Notes under the pieces: model-generated
What the model saw: only the letters and a program-made list of their open reading frames with translations
Databases searched by the model: none
Told to the model about the DNA's origin: nothing
In this document: one piece after another, positions 1 through 12,699 of the stretch
Layout: each line of letters starts with the position of its first letter
How positions within the stretch are numbered: position 1 is the first letter of the stretch
Made by a program: the position numbers and the translations under genes
Source: Candidatus Bathyarchaeota archaeon
Lineage (GTDB): Archaea; Thermoproteota; Bathyarchaeia; Bathyarchaeales; Bathycorpusculaceae
DNA length: 64,000 nt
Assembly (NCBI GenBank): GCA_963780185.1
Contig: CAWABA010000004.1
Coordinates: forward strand, 1-64,000
Direction of reading: 5' to 3'

Positions 1-1695
1 ATTCCTGTTCCGCTTCACGGATTTTTTTCTGCAGTGTCGATGCGCTATCGTCGATGTCGACGCGGATGCAATGTGAGCCGATTTGTCCTGCAAGCTCCGA
101 CACTTTATCAAGGAATTTGTCGGAAATCGGGATAAGCCGCACCTGAGTTGGTGAAAGCCAAAGCGGCAGCATTGGCGCCTTACCCGTCATTTGCTCACGG
201 TAAGCCTTCTCAAGCAACGCGTAAATGTCACGTTCGATGGCTCCGCTTGGGCAACAGTGCAGTATTAGCGGGTACTGTTTTTCGCCTTTCTCGTCAACGT
301 AGGTTATCTCGTAGCGTTTAGCGTTTTCCACGTCGATTTGGTCAGTGCTAAGAGCTGCGGCTTTGTCTTGGTTATCTACGAAGTTGAGGTCCCATTTCAA
401 GGCGAAGTAGAAGAACCTTTCGTTCCACACTTCGGCGAGCATGGGTTTGCCGAAAGCTGTTGCGAACTCTGCTATGAAGTCTTTGTTTTCTTCGTAGAAG
501 CCCTTTGTGAATCGCATCGCGATTTCATAGTCGTCTTTTACTAAGCCAATGTTGTCTAAGACGTCGATGCAGAGGTTGAAGCGAACCATAAACTCTTTTT
601 TAGCTTGCTCCATGTCAGCGCAGAACGCGTGGCAGTCGGGCATTGTGAAAGCTCGCAGCCGTTTTAATCCAACAACTTCTCCGCTTTTCTCTCGCCTAAA
701 ACTGTAACGGGTGAGTTCATAGAGTTTGATTGGAAGTTGCTTGTAGCTTATTTGGGCGTCATGAGCCATCAGGAACTGGCCGAAGCATGCTGCGAACCGC
801 AGGAAAAGTTCTTTATCTTCAGATTTAAGCACGTATTGGCGGGCTGGGAAACGGTTAAGGTAGCTTTTCAAGCTGGGGTGGTTGAAGTCGTACATGATTG
901 GTGTTTCAACTTCCATGCCGCCGTAAGCCGCCACTCGCGCTGTCACATACTGTTCCAGCAGAGACTTTATCATGCGACCTTTGGGGTACCAGCGGATGTT
1001 TCCAGGGTCACTGCCCGGTTCATAATCAGCTATTTCCAGCCTCTTCATCAAAGTCACATGCGGAGGCATCACCGTGACTGCCCTGGCCTTCTTAATTTCG
1101 TACTGCGAGAACTTTTGCAGATTAACATGGCCTTTAAACTTGAATTCTTCAATCGGCACCAGCGAGCCATCAGGCATAAGAACATGCCAGAAAGACTGCA
1201 TTTTATCCTCAGCTTTCAACGCCGCCGAAACAGGTTCTTCCTCTTTTTTGCATACGCCTTCAGCCTTCGCTTCAGCTGCCACTGGAGTTGGAGCATAGGA
1301 GCGTGCTTTTTCAGCAAGCGGATGCCCTTTTATTGAAATAGTAAATTGCTTGTTCCAGCCAAATGGAGCGCGGTAGGTTTCGATGCCTTTTTCTTTCGCG
1401 TATGCTTCCATGGCTTTTATGATTTTGAGGGCTTCGCTGGGTTGCTGAGGTTACTGCTTAGGTGAGCGAAGGGGTAAATTAGGATGCGGTTAGTTTTTTG
1501 TTTACCTAGAAAGGCGCGGACATCATCTATGGCTTTCTGCGCAGTTGCTGTGCTGTCGCCTTCTTCGATGGCGGTAAATAAAACCACGACTTCTTCTATG
1601 CGGTTTTCTTTTTGCTCTGCTTCTTCAGCAATGGCAATTTCTTTTTGGACTGGTTTAAAAACTATAAAGTTAGAGTGTAACTGTAGTATTCGCAT
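1..1695 (-). CDS. thrS: Threonine--tRNA ligase, archaeal type with N-terminal editing domain (frameshifted, runs off the window start)
   Basis: N-terminus MRILQLHSNFIVFKP...ILIYPFAHLSS matches the archaeal ThrRS editing domain. The downstream minus strand reads LRFAACFGQF, YELTRYSFRREKSGEVVGLKRLRAFTMPDCH and ILHCCPSGAIER. Confidence 0.92.
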
Positions 1696-1710
1696 GGCAA
1701 ATCACTCTTC

Positions 1711-1920
1711 TCAGTGACCGTAACGCCACTTATCAAGCGTTTTATCCTTTTTGGTTTTCTTCTTAAATTCTTTATAATGCTCTTTACAAATGTAAGCACG
1801 ATTTTCTTTATTGCTAACGTTTAAGCCTGCAGCCTTGACTTTGTCTGCTGAAATTGAACGTTCAGCTTCTCTGCTGCAGCCTGAAACAGTGCATTTAACT
1901 CCTTTTTCTATGCGACCCAC
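1711..1920 (-). CDS. Small basic putative zinc-binding protein (C-x4-C ... C-x2-H)
   Basis: GTG start with upstream GAGG; VGRIEKGVKCTVSGC...YICKEHYKEFKKK; directly upstream of thrS. Confidence 0.65.
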   Translation of the reverse strand: MGRIEKGVKCTVSGCSREAERSISADKVKAAGLNVSNKENRAYICKEHYKEFKKKTKKDKTLDKWRYGH

Positions 1921-1963
1921 AGTAAACGCCTCAATGCGATTATTTAATTTACGTAAATATACG

Positions 1964-2886
1964 CTATTGCTTAAGTTCCTTTTCATACAAAATTTTTGCT
2001 CTCAGGTAAATTTCTTCTTTGTTGCCGAAGTAAGTGGGGCCGATTCCTTCGACAACCACCGAAGCTGCAGCTGAACCGACGCAGGCGCAGCAAATTGTTT
2101 CTTTTTGTCGGATGTATTCGGTTAGGAAGCCGCCTATGAAAACGTCTCCTGCGCCTGTTGGGTCAACAATGACTTGTGATGGGCAAGCTGGAATGTTGTA
2201 TTGTGTACCTTCAATTGAGAGTACAGAGCCTTTAGCGCCCATCGTAACGATGACGGTTTCTACGCCGAAGTCGTGAATTGCTTTTATTGCTGCTTTAAGC
2301 TCAGATTGGCCAGTTAATGTGTAAATTTCGTTTTGGGAAGACTTGTAAATGTTGATTAAACTGAAAATTCGTTTGTCTAACTGAAGCGTTTTCTGTTACG
2401 TTTCCTACTTCGTCGAAGCTTCGAAGTAAACCCTGAGGGTCAAGCGATAACACATCAGCGTGTTCCTTAAGATGCTCCACTACTTCGAATGTTACTTCGT
2501 TGGCGATTGGGGCAACATGAACTGCTTTAGCATGAAAACCATTTGGCAAGTCAGTTAAGCCAATAGGGGGTCCTTTGCTTTTCAGCTTGAGGGTGCGTTC
2601 GGCTAAGTCTACACTGTAATTTAGTTCAAAATTTGTGGTGGCCTCATTTGAGTGTTTAATTACACTTGAAAGTCAATGCCTTCCTGCTTTGAGCCACCAG
2701 AAGTAAGCTTGCGGAAAATTCCCTCCCACTTTAGAGATAACCGAGGCTGTTGCTTCCAAACGTTTGGCGGCAAACGAAGTGTAGGTAGTGGCTCCGCCTA
2801 AAACAACAAAAGGAGCTTTCTGCGGGCAGTAAAATTGTGTCGATTGAGAAGTGACCAACAACCGCTACGTCTACGTTTTGAAGCAC
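1964..2886 (-). CDS. PfkB-family carbohydrate/nucleoside kinase (frameshifted in several pieces)
   Basis: DVAVVGHFSIDTI, LGGATTY, SLDPQG and VDPTGAGDVFIGGF motifs across ORFs 2731, 2673, 2301 and 1964. Confidence 0.85.
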
Positions 2887-2942
2887 TGCCCATCTCCCAT
2901 TTTGATTAATATTCGATACTGAGATATAAATAAAGATTAATT

Positions 2943-3306
2943 TTAAGATTGAAGCAGTAAGATGGCTTTTGCCAGGTCGCCTTGGCATTCCTGCAATGCT
3001 TCTTTGGCTTTCTCAGGCTTTTGCCCGTTTGATCCGCCACTAGCCTTACATCTTCTTCTGAAAACGCTGCTGGTGCCGGCTTTGCGCCTAAGCGTTGTCA
3101 TGGGGCTTGCTCCGAAACTTCGCCGCCGATAACTTGATACATTTTTTGTCCTTGAACTTGTAAAATGGCGACTTCGGGCTCATCTATAACTATGTCTTTT
3201 TTGCTGTTTTGATAATAACTTGTTGAACGTCTGGGACAGAATCCATGTTCATTCCCATACGCTGCATCATACGTTTTTGCTCTCGTGGATTCATGCGTTT
3301 ATTCAT
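2943..3306 (-). CDS. nac: Archaeal nascent polypeptide-associated complex protein (indels and one in-frame TGA)
   Basis: Manual translation MNKRMNPREQKRMMQRMGMNMDSV...DIVIDEPEV...FSEEDVRLVADQTG...GDLAKAILLLQS, with a UBA-like C-terminus. Confidence 0.85.
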
Positions 3307-3363
3307 AGAGTTATCACTTTACTCAAGAATATTCTGCATGATTGAAATTTGATAATACTTAAC

Positions 3364-3860
3364 TTACGTTACTTTCTCGCTGGCAGCCATGACCATGTCT
3401 ACTTTGACGGCTACACCAGTTTTAAAAGCAGTCATCTCAACACTTGAAAGTTGAGCTCGCCCGACGGCCAAAACATTTCCCGTCTTCATCCAAAACGATG
3501 ACTTCGTCCTTGGCGCGAATTTCCTCATCAACCTTAACCACGTGAACAGCAAAAACATCTCCGCCTTCAGCAATAAATTGTGCAACTTCGTTTTCACTGT
3601 AACAAAACATTTGGCGAACGGGAGTATTTTCAGCCATGAACTTAGCTGCTTTAATGCTTAGGGAAAGCAAGCCGTCGGTTGGGCGGAGTGTAGCTAGTCT
3701 TTCGCCGTCAAGGTTTATGAAGCGTATCCTTCCTGTCCGAGGAGAAAGCTGTATTTCAATGTTTTCTGGGAACAGTTTTTCTCCTACGCCTTTGCCAAAT
3801 TGGTAGTCAGCAGTGCCTCTTACTTTGACAAGGTGTTTTCCACGTTTTTCACCCTCAGAT
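3364..3860 (-). CDS. PUA-domain RNA-binding protein (archaeosine TGT C-terminal-like), frameshifted; start approximate
   Basis: ADYQFGKG, SPRTGRIR, LATLRPTDGLLSL, GGDVFAVHV, VLAVGRA and GVAVKV motifs. Confidence 0.8.
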
Positions 3861-3929
3861 TGGCTTTTGTGTTTTCGACAAGTATAAACATAACAATATA
3901 ATAAAGACAGTGAAAGGTGAAAGTTCACA

Positions 3930-4444
3930 TTGAGATGCGAAGTCTGCGGACACAAAATTCACAATGACCCAGTAACGGCAGTGATTGAAGGGGCAAGACT
4001 AACAGTTTGCCTTGAATGTTCAAAACATGGGAAAGTAATTCGTCAAGAAGAAGTTGCTCTTCCAGAAACAAGCCGTCAAAAAACCGCAGGCTCCCAGTGA
4101 CACATGCGCCTTCAGTAAGAAAACCGATGGTTGCAAACGTTCAAATAACTCAGGAGCTCACTGAAGACTACCCTAACAAAATAAGTGTGGCACGGGAGAA
4201 ACTTGGGCTTACCCATGAAGAACTGGGTAAAAAAATAAACGAGAAAGCTTCTGTTCTGAGAAATCTTGAAGCGGGAAAAATGGAGCCCAACAACCAGTTA
4301 GCCTCAAAACTTGAGCACATGTTAAAAATTAAGCTGCTTGTTCCAATCTCTGAAGAAAAGGTTCCGCCTCCAACTGCAAAATCAGCCAATCAAGAATTGA
4401 CTTTAGGTGACATGATTGAGATTGACAAGAACGACGAGGAGGCG

Positions 4445-4468
<24 letters not shown>
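3930..4468 (+). CDS. Archaeal multiprotein bridging factor aMBF1 (zinc ribbon + HTH), frameshifted
   Basis: TTG start LRCEVCG...VIEGARLTVCLECSKHG, then HTH AREKLGLTHEELGKKINEK and the LTLGD motif. Confidence 0.88.
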
Positions 4469-6323
<1,855 letters not shown>

Positions 6324-6327
<4 letters not shown>

Positions 6328-6770
6328 GAATTATCGACGCAGATATCCTTTCCTACTCTCTCTTCCAGAAACATGATGCTCATACCCATACTGTTGGCCG
6401 CTGCTGCAGAATGCAATTCAGGTAAGACCAGCGCAGCCATCGCTAATGCGAATCTGTTGGAAACATATCATGCACTAGTAGAAGATTATGGTGTGGAAAG
6501 GGAAGAAGCATCGTATAAACTTGATGGGCTGACTAGAAGCACAAGAATACGACTTTTACCCTTACGGTTGATATCGCCCGAAAAGCCCTAGAAATAGCCA
6601 AACTTCATAAGGTCCGCTTTTTTGACGCGAGCCTAATAGCTTCTGCAGAAGTAAATGGGGTATCCGTGACCGTAAGCAACGACGCCCACATCGCTAGACT
6701 ATGTAAGGAGCGCGGTCTTATCATCGAAAATCCGATACCTAAAGAAGCGGCAAAGAAAATGAGACTTTAG
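6324..6770 (+). CDS. PIN-domain (VapC-like) protein, frameshifted
   Basis: MRIIDADILSY, NLLETYHAL, FFDASLIASA and VSNDAHI carry the PIN acidic residues. Confidence 0.7.
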
Positions 6771-6867
6771 AACGCATCGATGCTTATTGGCACAAATGCA
6801 ATGCTGGCCTGTAGGCAAAGTGTTTTTGCAGAAACGAGCAAGACATAGGACCAAAATTAAGCACGAA

Positions 6868-6909
6868 TTGGCGGGCGGGGATAGCGTTGAACCCTCGTTT
6901 GAACCCTCG
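6868..6909 (-). repeat. Degenerate copy of the tRNA-Arg 3' end (att-like scar)
   Basis: ttggcgggcgggga...tttgaaccctcg matches 9506-9535 of tRNA-Arg. Confidence 0.75.
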
Positions 6910-6947
6910 GGTTCGTTACTATCCAGATGTGTACGCTGCCAACCTCT

Positions 6948-7631
6948 TCACGGTAGCATTTTTTCTCTTCTAATAAGTCTGCTTGACAGAAGCAGCAACG
7001 AACCTGACAAGGCACCCGCCAAAATACAAAGTGACAGGACAACTATAAGCTCTGGGATAAATCCAATGAAAGAAAGATAAAAGGTCGGAAAAATAAAAGG
7101 AACGCCAATCACCATCCCGAGAGGAGTGTTAGCACCTACTCGTTGCTTCTGTAACGAGCTAAAAGCCATCATAGCCAGACTAACCAAAGAAACCACAGAG
7201 AAACCCAAAAACGCCGTAAGAAACAGCATCAACAAATCCAAGAGAAAGACGCCCATTGACCCCGAAATTGCACCCGCGATCAAAATTGCGACACCTTCGC
7301 CTGTGAAAAAGAGAACTGCAAGGAAGAGGGCGGCTTTCAAATACTGCTTGAAGACGTCGCTTTGGTTCCAACCGAGCGAAAGCAAATACTCCAAGACGCC
7401 GTTGTTCTTGTCATATACATAGAGCAACGTGACTGGCATAGTAAAAATTAGAAGACCGAGAGACATAAACGAGACTGGAAGGAAAAAAACCTCCGCACTT
7501 GAACTTCCTGCAAGAAGAGATAGTGCAAATATCACAAAAATCCCCAAGGCTGCAAGACCCAGCCCCACCCCAGCCAGTATTTTGCTTAGGTTGAGGCTAC
7601 GTTTAGCAAAAACCAAAACATTACTTTGCAT
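6948..7631 (-). CDS. ABC transporter permease (copy A)
   Basis: Multi-TM 227-aa ORF with DKNNGVLEYLLS (ABC-2-like motif). Confidence 0.75.
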   Translation of the reverse strand: MQSNVLVFAKRSLNLSKILAGVGLGLAALGIFVIFALSLLAGSSSAEVFFLPVSFMSLGLLIFTMPVTLLYVYDKNNGVLEYLLSLGWNQSDVFKQYLKAALFLAVLFFTGEGVAILIAGAISGSMGVFLLDLLMLFLTAFLGFSVVSLVSLAMMAFSSLQKQRVGANTPLGMVIGVPFIFPTFYLSFIGFIPELIVVLSLCILAGALSGSLLLLSSRLIRREKMLP

Positions 7632-7726
7632 TCTTCGAGCCCCTGAGCTTTTTCAGCCCGGATGTTAAACAGTTCTGCAAAGGATTATCAGTGAAGATAT
7701 CCAGATGATGTACGCTGCCAACCTCT

Positions 7727-8410
7727 TCAGGGTAGCATTTTTTCTCTTCTAATAAGCCTGCTCGACAGCAAAAGCAACCGCCTGATAGGCCGCCTGCCAA
7801 AATACAAAGTGACAGGACAACGATGAGCTCTGGGATAAATCCAATAAAAGAAAGATAAAAGGTCGGAAAAATAAAAGGAACGCCAATCACTATCCCGAGA
7901 GGAGTGTTAGCACCTACTCGTTGCTTCTGTAACGAGCTAAAAGCCATCATAGCCACAGTAACCAAAGAAACCACAGAAAAACCCAAAAACGCCGTAAGAA
8001 ACAGCATCAACAAATCCAAGAGAAAGACACCCATTGACCCCGAAATTGCACCCGCGATCAAAATTGCGGCACCTTCGCCTGTGAAGAGGATAACTGCAAG
8101 GAAGAGAGCGGCTTTCAAATATTGCTTGAAGACGTCGCTTTGGTTCCAACCAAGCGAAAGCAAATACTCCAAGACCCCGTTGTTCTTGTCATATACATAG
8201 AGCAACGTGACTGGCATAGTAAAAATTAGAAGACCAAGAGACATGAACGAGACGGAAATGAGAAAGACCGCCGCACTTGAACTTCCTGCAAGAAGAGATA
8301 GGGCAAATATCACAAAAATCCCCAAGGGCTGCAAGACCCAGCCCCACCCCCGCCAGTATTTTACTTAGGTTGAGGCTACGTTTAGCAAAAACCAAAACAT
8401 TACTTTGCAT
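7727..8410 (-). CDS. ABC transporter permease (copy B, frameshifted)
   Basis: Near-identical to copy A at a 779-bp offset. Confidence 0.72.
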
Positions 8411-9284
8411 TCTTCGAGCCCTCCTGAGCTTTTTCAGCGCCGGATGTCTCAAACAGTTCCTGCAAAGGATTATCCAGCTGACGCATTTCCGTGACCAAGA
8501 CGCCTTTTTCAACGATTTTTTTGAGAGCAAGTCCAGCTTCTTCAGGGCTGGATACACTTAAGACGTAGTAGTCGCCCTCATGTTTGGCGTCGACAATCCC
8601 AGTTATGTCGGTTGAGGCTCTGATGCCTACGCGATAATTTTTGGGTTTAATGTTTGAGATTCTATCAAGCATTGTTACCGAGCCATTTTTAATTAGGATT
8701 AGATAGGTGCCAATGTCGGTTGCTTCATAGAGGTTATGAGAAGAGTAGAGAATCATCCTATCCTTGCTCAATCTCACGATAATATCTCGTATTTCCTTGG
8801 ACACTGCAGGATCTAAATTTGCGGTGGGTTCATCGAGCAAGTAGAGATCTCTTTCGCTCAAGAACACCTTAGCGATGGCAGCTCTCTTCTTTTGTCCTTG
8901 AGAAAGGTCAGAGAACCGCTTGTTTCTCAGTTCATCAAGCTCCAGCAGGCCAATGGCTTTGTCAGGATCGCCGCCCTCTATTTTAGAGTAAAATTTCAGC
9001 GCGTCGTAAACGGTCATCTCTTCAGGCATTGCGTTGTATTGTGAGAGATAGTTTATTCTCGTTCTTGCTTGGGCTGATGCGGTTATGTTCTCACCATCGA
9101 AAAGAATTCCACCGCTGAAGGGCTCCAGGATGCCAGCTATTGTTCTAAACAATGTTGTTTTGCCAGCGCCGTTTGGCCCCAGGACAACATATATTGATGC
9201 TTCTTGAAGTTTAAAGCTAATATCATGCAATACAACCTGCTTATTATAACCTGAAGAAACATTATTCAGTTCTAAAGCAGGCAC
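8400..9284 (-). CDS. ABC transporter ATP-binding protein
   Basis: GPNGAGKTT, LSQGQ, LLDEP and SSH motifs. Confidence 0.92.
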   Translation of the reverse strand: MPALELNNVSSGYNKQVVLHDISFKLQEASIYVVLGPNGAGKTTLFRTIAGILEPFSGGILFDGENITASAQARTRINYLSQYNAMPEEMTVYDALKFYSKIEGGDPDKAIGLLELDELRNKRFSDLSQGQKKRAAIAKVFLSERDLYLLDEPTANLDPAVSKEIRDIIVRLSKDRMILYSSHNLYEATDIGTYLILIKNGSVTMLDRISNIKPKNYRVGIRASTDITGIVDAKHEGDYYVLSVSSPEEAGLALKKIVEKGVLVTEMRQLDNPLQELFETSGAEKAQEGSKNAK

Positions 9285-9506
9285 TTGGTCTTCATCTTCT
9301 GTTGTTTACGGAATGTCATTTTCTGGTATTTAAGCCTAAATTTGTTGAGGTTATTACGTTGAAGAGATACGTTCCAGGACATCATTGGTGCTGCAGTATT
9401 TCGTTGAGGACTTGAGGGTTCAAACGCTCAGATAAATACTGATGATAATTGAACCAGAAATCAATAATAAGCATCAAAATTGGGTGGAATTGCTGAAATC
9501 GACATT

Positions 9507-9584
9507 TGGCGGGCGGGGAGGGATTTGAACCCTCGACCCCCAACTTAGGAGGCTGGTGCTCTATCCGTACTGAGCTACTCGCCC
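9507..9584 (-). tRNA. tRNA-Arg(CCT)
   Basis: GGGCGAG...CCAGC CT CCT AA GTTGG...GGTTCAAATCCC...CGCCCGCCA cloverleaf with encoded CCA. Confidence 0.93.
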
Positions 9585-9765
9585 AAATTTTCCAGTCCAA
9601 TGGCTCTGTCTAGTTGGTCGGGTGTTATAACTCTAACGTTCAATGAGAAAGAATTTTAAAATGTTGTTCTAAATCTTCAGGTTTTTCTCTTTTTATTGTG
9701 GAGTGCCTATCTAAGGGGTGCTCTCTTGCATCTTAGGACCCGGTTTTGCACGATAACAAATACTG

Positions 9766-10194
9766 TCACAATATGTTGTAGATGTGTATGGTTACTCCTA
9801 GGATCAGTGCGAGAGCCCAAATTGCGAATGTTGGTATCATTAGTTTCCATGTTTTGGCGCAGCCGAGTTCCCCTAAAGGATGAGTTATCCAAGAAGCAAT
9901 GATGACAAAACCCAGCAGGATCGCGGCTGTTCCTGAGGCAACATGGAGCCAGACAACTGTTGACTGCAAAATTGACAATCTGCCTATGAGGTTGAAGTTT
10001 GTGCTAAAAGTGGGAATCATTACGGTAAACGTGGTGGCAAGGTTGAGTGCAAGTGCTAATATGCTTAGGAAGCCATGCATTATGAGGTTTCTGTTTTTGG
10101 TTCTTACTCTGTAGGGGTAAACGCCTATTACGAGTAGGAGTAATGCGATGATTTGGATAATTGAAACCATGTTGCCCGTAAGATCAAGCGCCAT
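9766..10194 (-). CDS. Four-TM membrane protein with conserved His (possibly cytochrome b-like/DUF420-like)
   Basis: Hydrophobic helices; LIMHG and VWLHVASG. Confidence 0.6.
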   Translation of the reverse strand: MALDLTGNMVSIIQIIALLLLVIGVYPYRVRTKNRNLIMHGFLSILALALNLATTFTVMIPTFSTNFNLIGRLSILQSTVVWLHVASGTAAILLGFVIIASWITHPLGELGCAKTWKLMIPTFAIWALALILGVTIHIYNIL

Positions 10195-10349
10195 AACTAT
10201 TCCGCTGACATTTTAGAAAGCTATACATAACTATTAATTGTTAGCTATTAATTGTTTTATCTGCCAAAATTTAACTCGCAACACAACAGGGCATTTATTT
10301 TCCTCGGCTTTTCGATGTATAATCGATTCTTCCCCGTAAGAAGACGCCG

Positions 10350-10650
10350 CCCAACACCCACCCGAAAGGTCGCAGCCCGCAAAAACCTTCAAGCCGCCCA
10401 AACTGGAAAACCCACCAGAAACCGAACCTGCCGCCGAATAAGCCGCAGCGCCCATATCCGACAATGTCCGACAATAACTTCAACATAGCCTCAACATACA
10501 AAGTCGCATTCCGCCAATAGCAAAGTCGCAATGTTCAAGCAGAAGCCAAGCCTAAACCAAAAAAACAACCCAAAACACAAAGGCCCAAGGCGGAAAGTCG
10601 CAACTTTCACCAAACCAAAAGTCGCAACTTAAAAAACTAGACAAAAACCG
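10350..10650 (+). repeat. Dispersed ~300-bp non-coding repeat, copy 1
   Basis: Inverted homolog at ~59880-60180; the 40-bp core 10469-10508 is identical to 60029-60068. Confidence 0.85.
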
Positions 10651-10760
10651 AAGCGAAGCAGACTGAAACAACTCTTTCTCTTACGCGAAACAGCCGTGTT
10701 TTTGCTTGGGTTTCCCAAAGTTTTAAACCTTTGTAAGCAAATTAATGTTGCAAGTTAACA

Positions 10761-11828
10761 GTGGTAGGTTTGACTTTAAATTACCATTATATGCAGCTTC
10801 CACGCGAGGTCATCGTTGGAAAAGGAACCCTCCAGCGAATTCCGGAAGTGGCAAAGCGGTTACGCCTCAGGGGAAGAGCACTGGTGATGTCTGACGCCGT
10901 ATGCTATGAGCTTGCTGGAAAAACAGTTTCCGACCTCCTTGCCGAATCAGGCTTATCAGTTGATTTTCTTCTCGTCAAAACCATGACAACAAAAGACATT
11001 GCAGACGTAGAAAATCAAATAAAAGATCTAAAGCCACAGGTACTTTTCGGAGTGGGCGGAGGCACCATAATAGACGCTGCCAAAGTAAGTTCCAGAAGCC
11101 AAAATATACCATTCATCAGCGTACCCACCACCGTTTCACACGACGGCATCGCGAGTCCTCTAGCATCCATCAAAGGCTCCGACAAGCCCTATTCAGTACT
11201 TGCGCAGGCACCGTTAGCGATAATTGCCGACACAGAAGTAATAGCGAAAGCACCCTGGCGTTTTGTGATAAGCGGCTGCGGAGACGTAATTGCCAAGTAC
11301 ACCGCCGTCAAAGACTGGAAGCTGGCGCATTTGGAGCATAACGAGTATTACGGCGAGTACGCTGCCAGTTTGGCGTTAATGAGCGCGAAACTTGTGAGTC
11401 AAAACGCAAAGCTCATCGTGAACCACGAAGATGAAGGCCTACGGGTGCTTCTGGAGGCTTTGATTAGTTGCGGCGTCGCCATGAGCATCGCAGGAAGCAG
11501 CCGTCCATGCAGCGGCGGGGAACACCTGTTTAGCCACGCCCTGGACATAGTGAATTCGCATCATGCCATGCACGGTGAACAATGCGGCGTAGGATCAATC
11601 CTGACTGCTTATCTTTATCGAGCAAATTGGCAACGAATCAGGAGCAGCCTCAAGTTGATAGGTGCACCGACAACCGCTAAGGAGCTGGGCGTATCCGACG
11701 TCGATGTAGTTAAAGCTTTAGAGTTAGCCGCGAGAATAAGACCTGAACGCTACACCATCCTTCAGAAGCTAAACCTAAGTTTGGAAGCATGCGAGAAAAC
11801 TGCGAAGGCAACAGGAATAATCGATTAA
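10761..11828 (+). CDS. egsA: sn-glycerol-1-phosphate dehydrogenase
   Basis: GVGGGTIIDAAK, SVPTTVSHDGIAS, GSSRPCSGGEHLFSHA and HGEQCG. Confidence 0.95.
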   Translation: MVGLTLNYHYMQLPREVIVGKGTLQRIPEVAKRLRLRGRALVMSDAVCYELAGKTVSDLLAESGLSVDFLLVKTMTTKDIADVENQIKDLKPQVLFGVGGGTIIDAAKVSSRSQNIPFISVPTTVSHDGIASPLASIKGSDKPYSVLAQAPLAIIADTEVIAKAPWRFVISGCGDVIAKYTAVKDWKLAHLEHNEYYGEYAASLALMSAKLVSQNAKLIVNHEDEGLRVLLEALISCGVAMSIAGSSRPCSGGEHLFSHALDIVNSHHAMHGEQCGVGSILTAYLYRANWQRIRSSLKLIGAPTTAKELGVSDVDVVKALELAARIRPERYTILQKLNLSLEACEKTAKATGIID

Positions 11829-11937
11829 TCACCTGAATCGTGAAAGGTAATTATTGGAAAAAGACAAAACAGCCTCAAAACTAAGTGCCTACTAGGCAAT
11901 GGTTAAAAAAGCATAGTTTTGAAAAGGGAGAATTGGT

Positions 11938-12699
11938 TTATGGGGTTTCTTTGGTTGCGGGGGCTTTAGTTTCTGGCTCTGGGGCTGCTGCTGGTGTTTC
12001 CAGGGGGACTTTGGGTTCAGCTTTGAAGGCTTCAACGAATCTTGTCTCGGCAAGGTCAGGTAGGAATTTCTGGATGTCGATTGCGATGCCGCGTTTGGCG
12101 ATTTGTATTCCTTCAATGTAGAAGGCTACTTCAGGCATGTCAATCGTCAAGGTTTTGTCTTGAATGGTTATTTTGAATTTGTTTTCTTCAGCTAAGGGTA
12201 TTCTGCGGTGGATGAGTGCACCAATTTTTTCTTCGTCGGTCTCGATTTTCTTGCTGACTACTACGTCGTAGATCAGGGTTTTTCCTGCCAGCGGAGGGTT
12301 GTAGTCTAAAAGAACTCTTCCTGCGCCGATTGCGCGGACGCTTGCCATTTTGCCTTGGTATTCTATGCGTGCGCCGATGACTGGGTTGATTTCTTTTGCC
12401 AACAGGTTCCGTAGGGGTACGCGCTTGACTTTTTCTGGGTCTCGCTGTCCGAATCCTTTGTCAGGTGAGATTTCGACGGTTGCAGGCGTGTTTAGTTCCA
12501 TGGTTGTTAGGCTGTCGTCTAAGGCTTTAAGCACCCAGCCTTCGCCTACCACTACCAGTTTAGGTTCGTATATTTCGCCTTCTTTGTGAAGGTGTTCTTT
12601 TTTAGCGACATCTTCGTGTGTGGTGTCGAAAACTTCGTTTGTTTCCTTAACCTTTGCTGAATAATCGATTATTACGAAATCTGCTTTTTGAAAGGTCAT
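11938..12699 (-). CDS. Long-type archaeal FKBP peptidyl-prolyl isomerase (SlyD-like)
   Basis: DFVIIDY, VFDTT, GFGQRDP and DYNPPLAGKTL motifs. Confidence 0.9.
   Translation of the reverse strand: MTFQKADFVIIDYSAKVKETNEVFDTTHEDVAKKEHLHKEGEIYEPKLVVVGEGWVLKALDDSLTTMELNTPATVEISPDKGFGQRDPEKVKRVPLRNLLAKEINPVIGARIEYQGKMASVRAIGAGRVLLDYNPPLAGKTLIYDVVVSKKIETDEEKIGALIHRRIPLAEENKFKITIQDKTLTIDMPEVAFYIEGIQIAKRGIAIDIQKFLPDLAETRFVEAFKAEPKVPLETPAAAPEPETKAPATKETP

Noticed and set aside
3098-3100. In-frame TGA in nac as selenocysteine or readthrough
   Set aside because: It falls in a variable linker of a gene with other indels, and no SECIS is evident. Likely a base-call error.
10295-10531. Small protein family sharing ATLYVEAMLKLLS with ORF 59922-60206
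   Set aside because: The frames diverge outside the 40-bp identical core, so it is treated as a DNA-level repeat.
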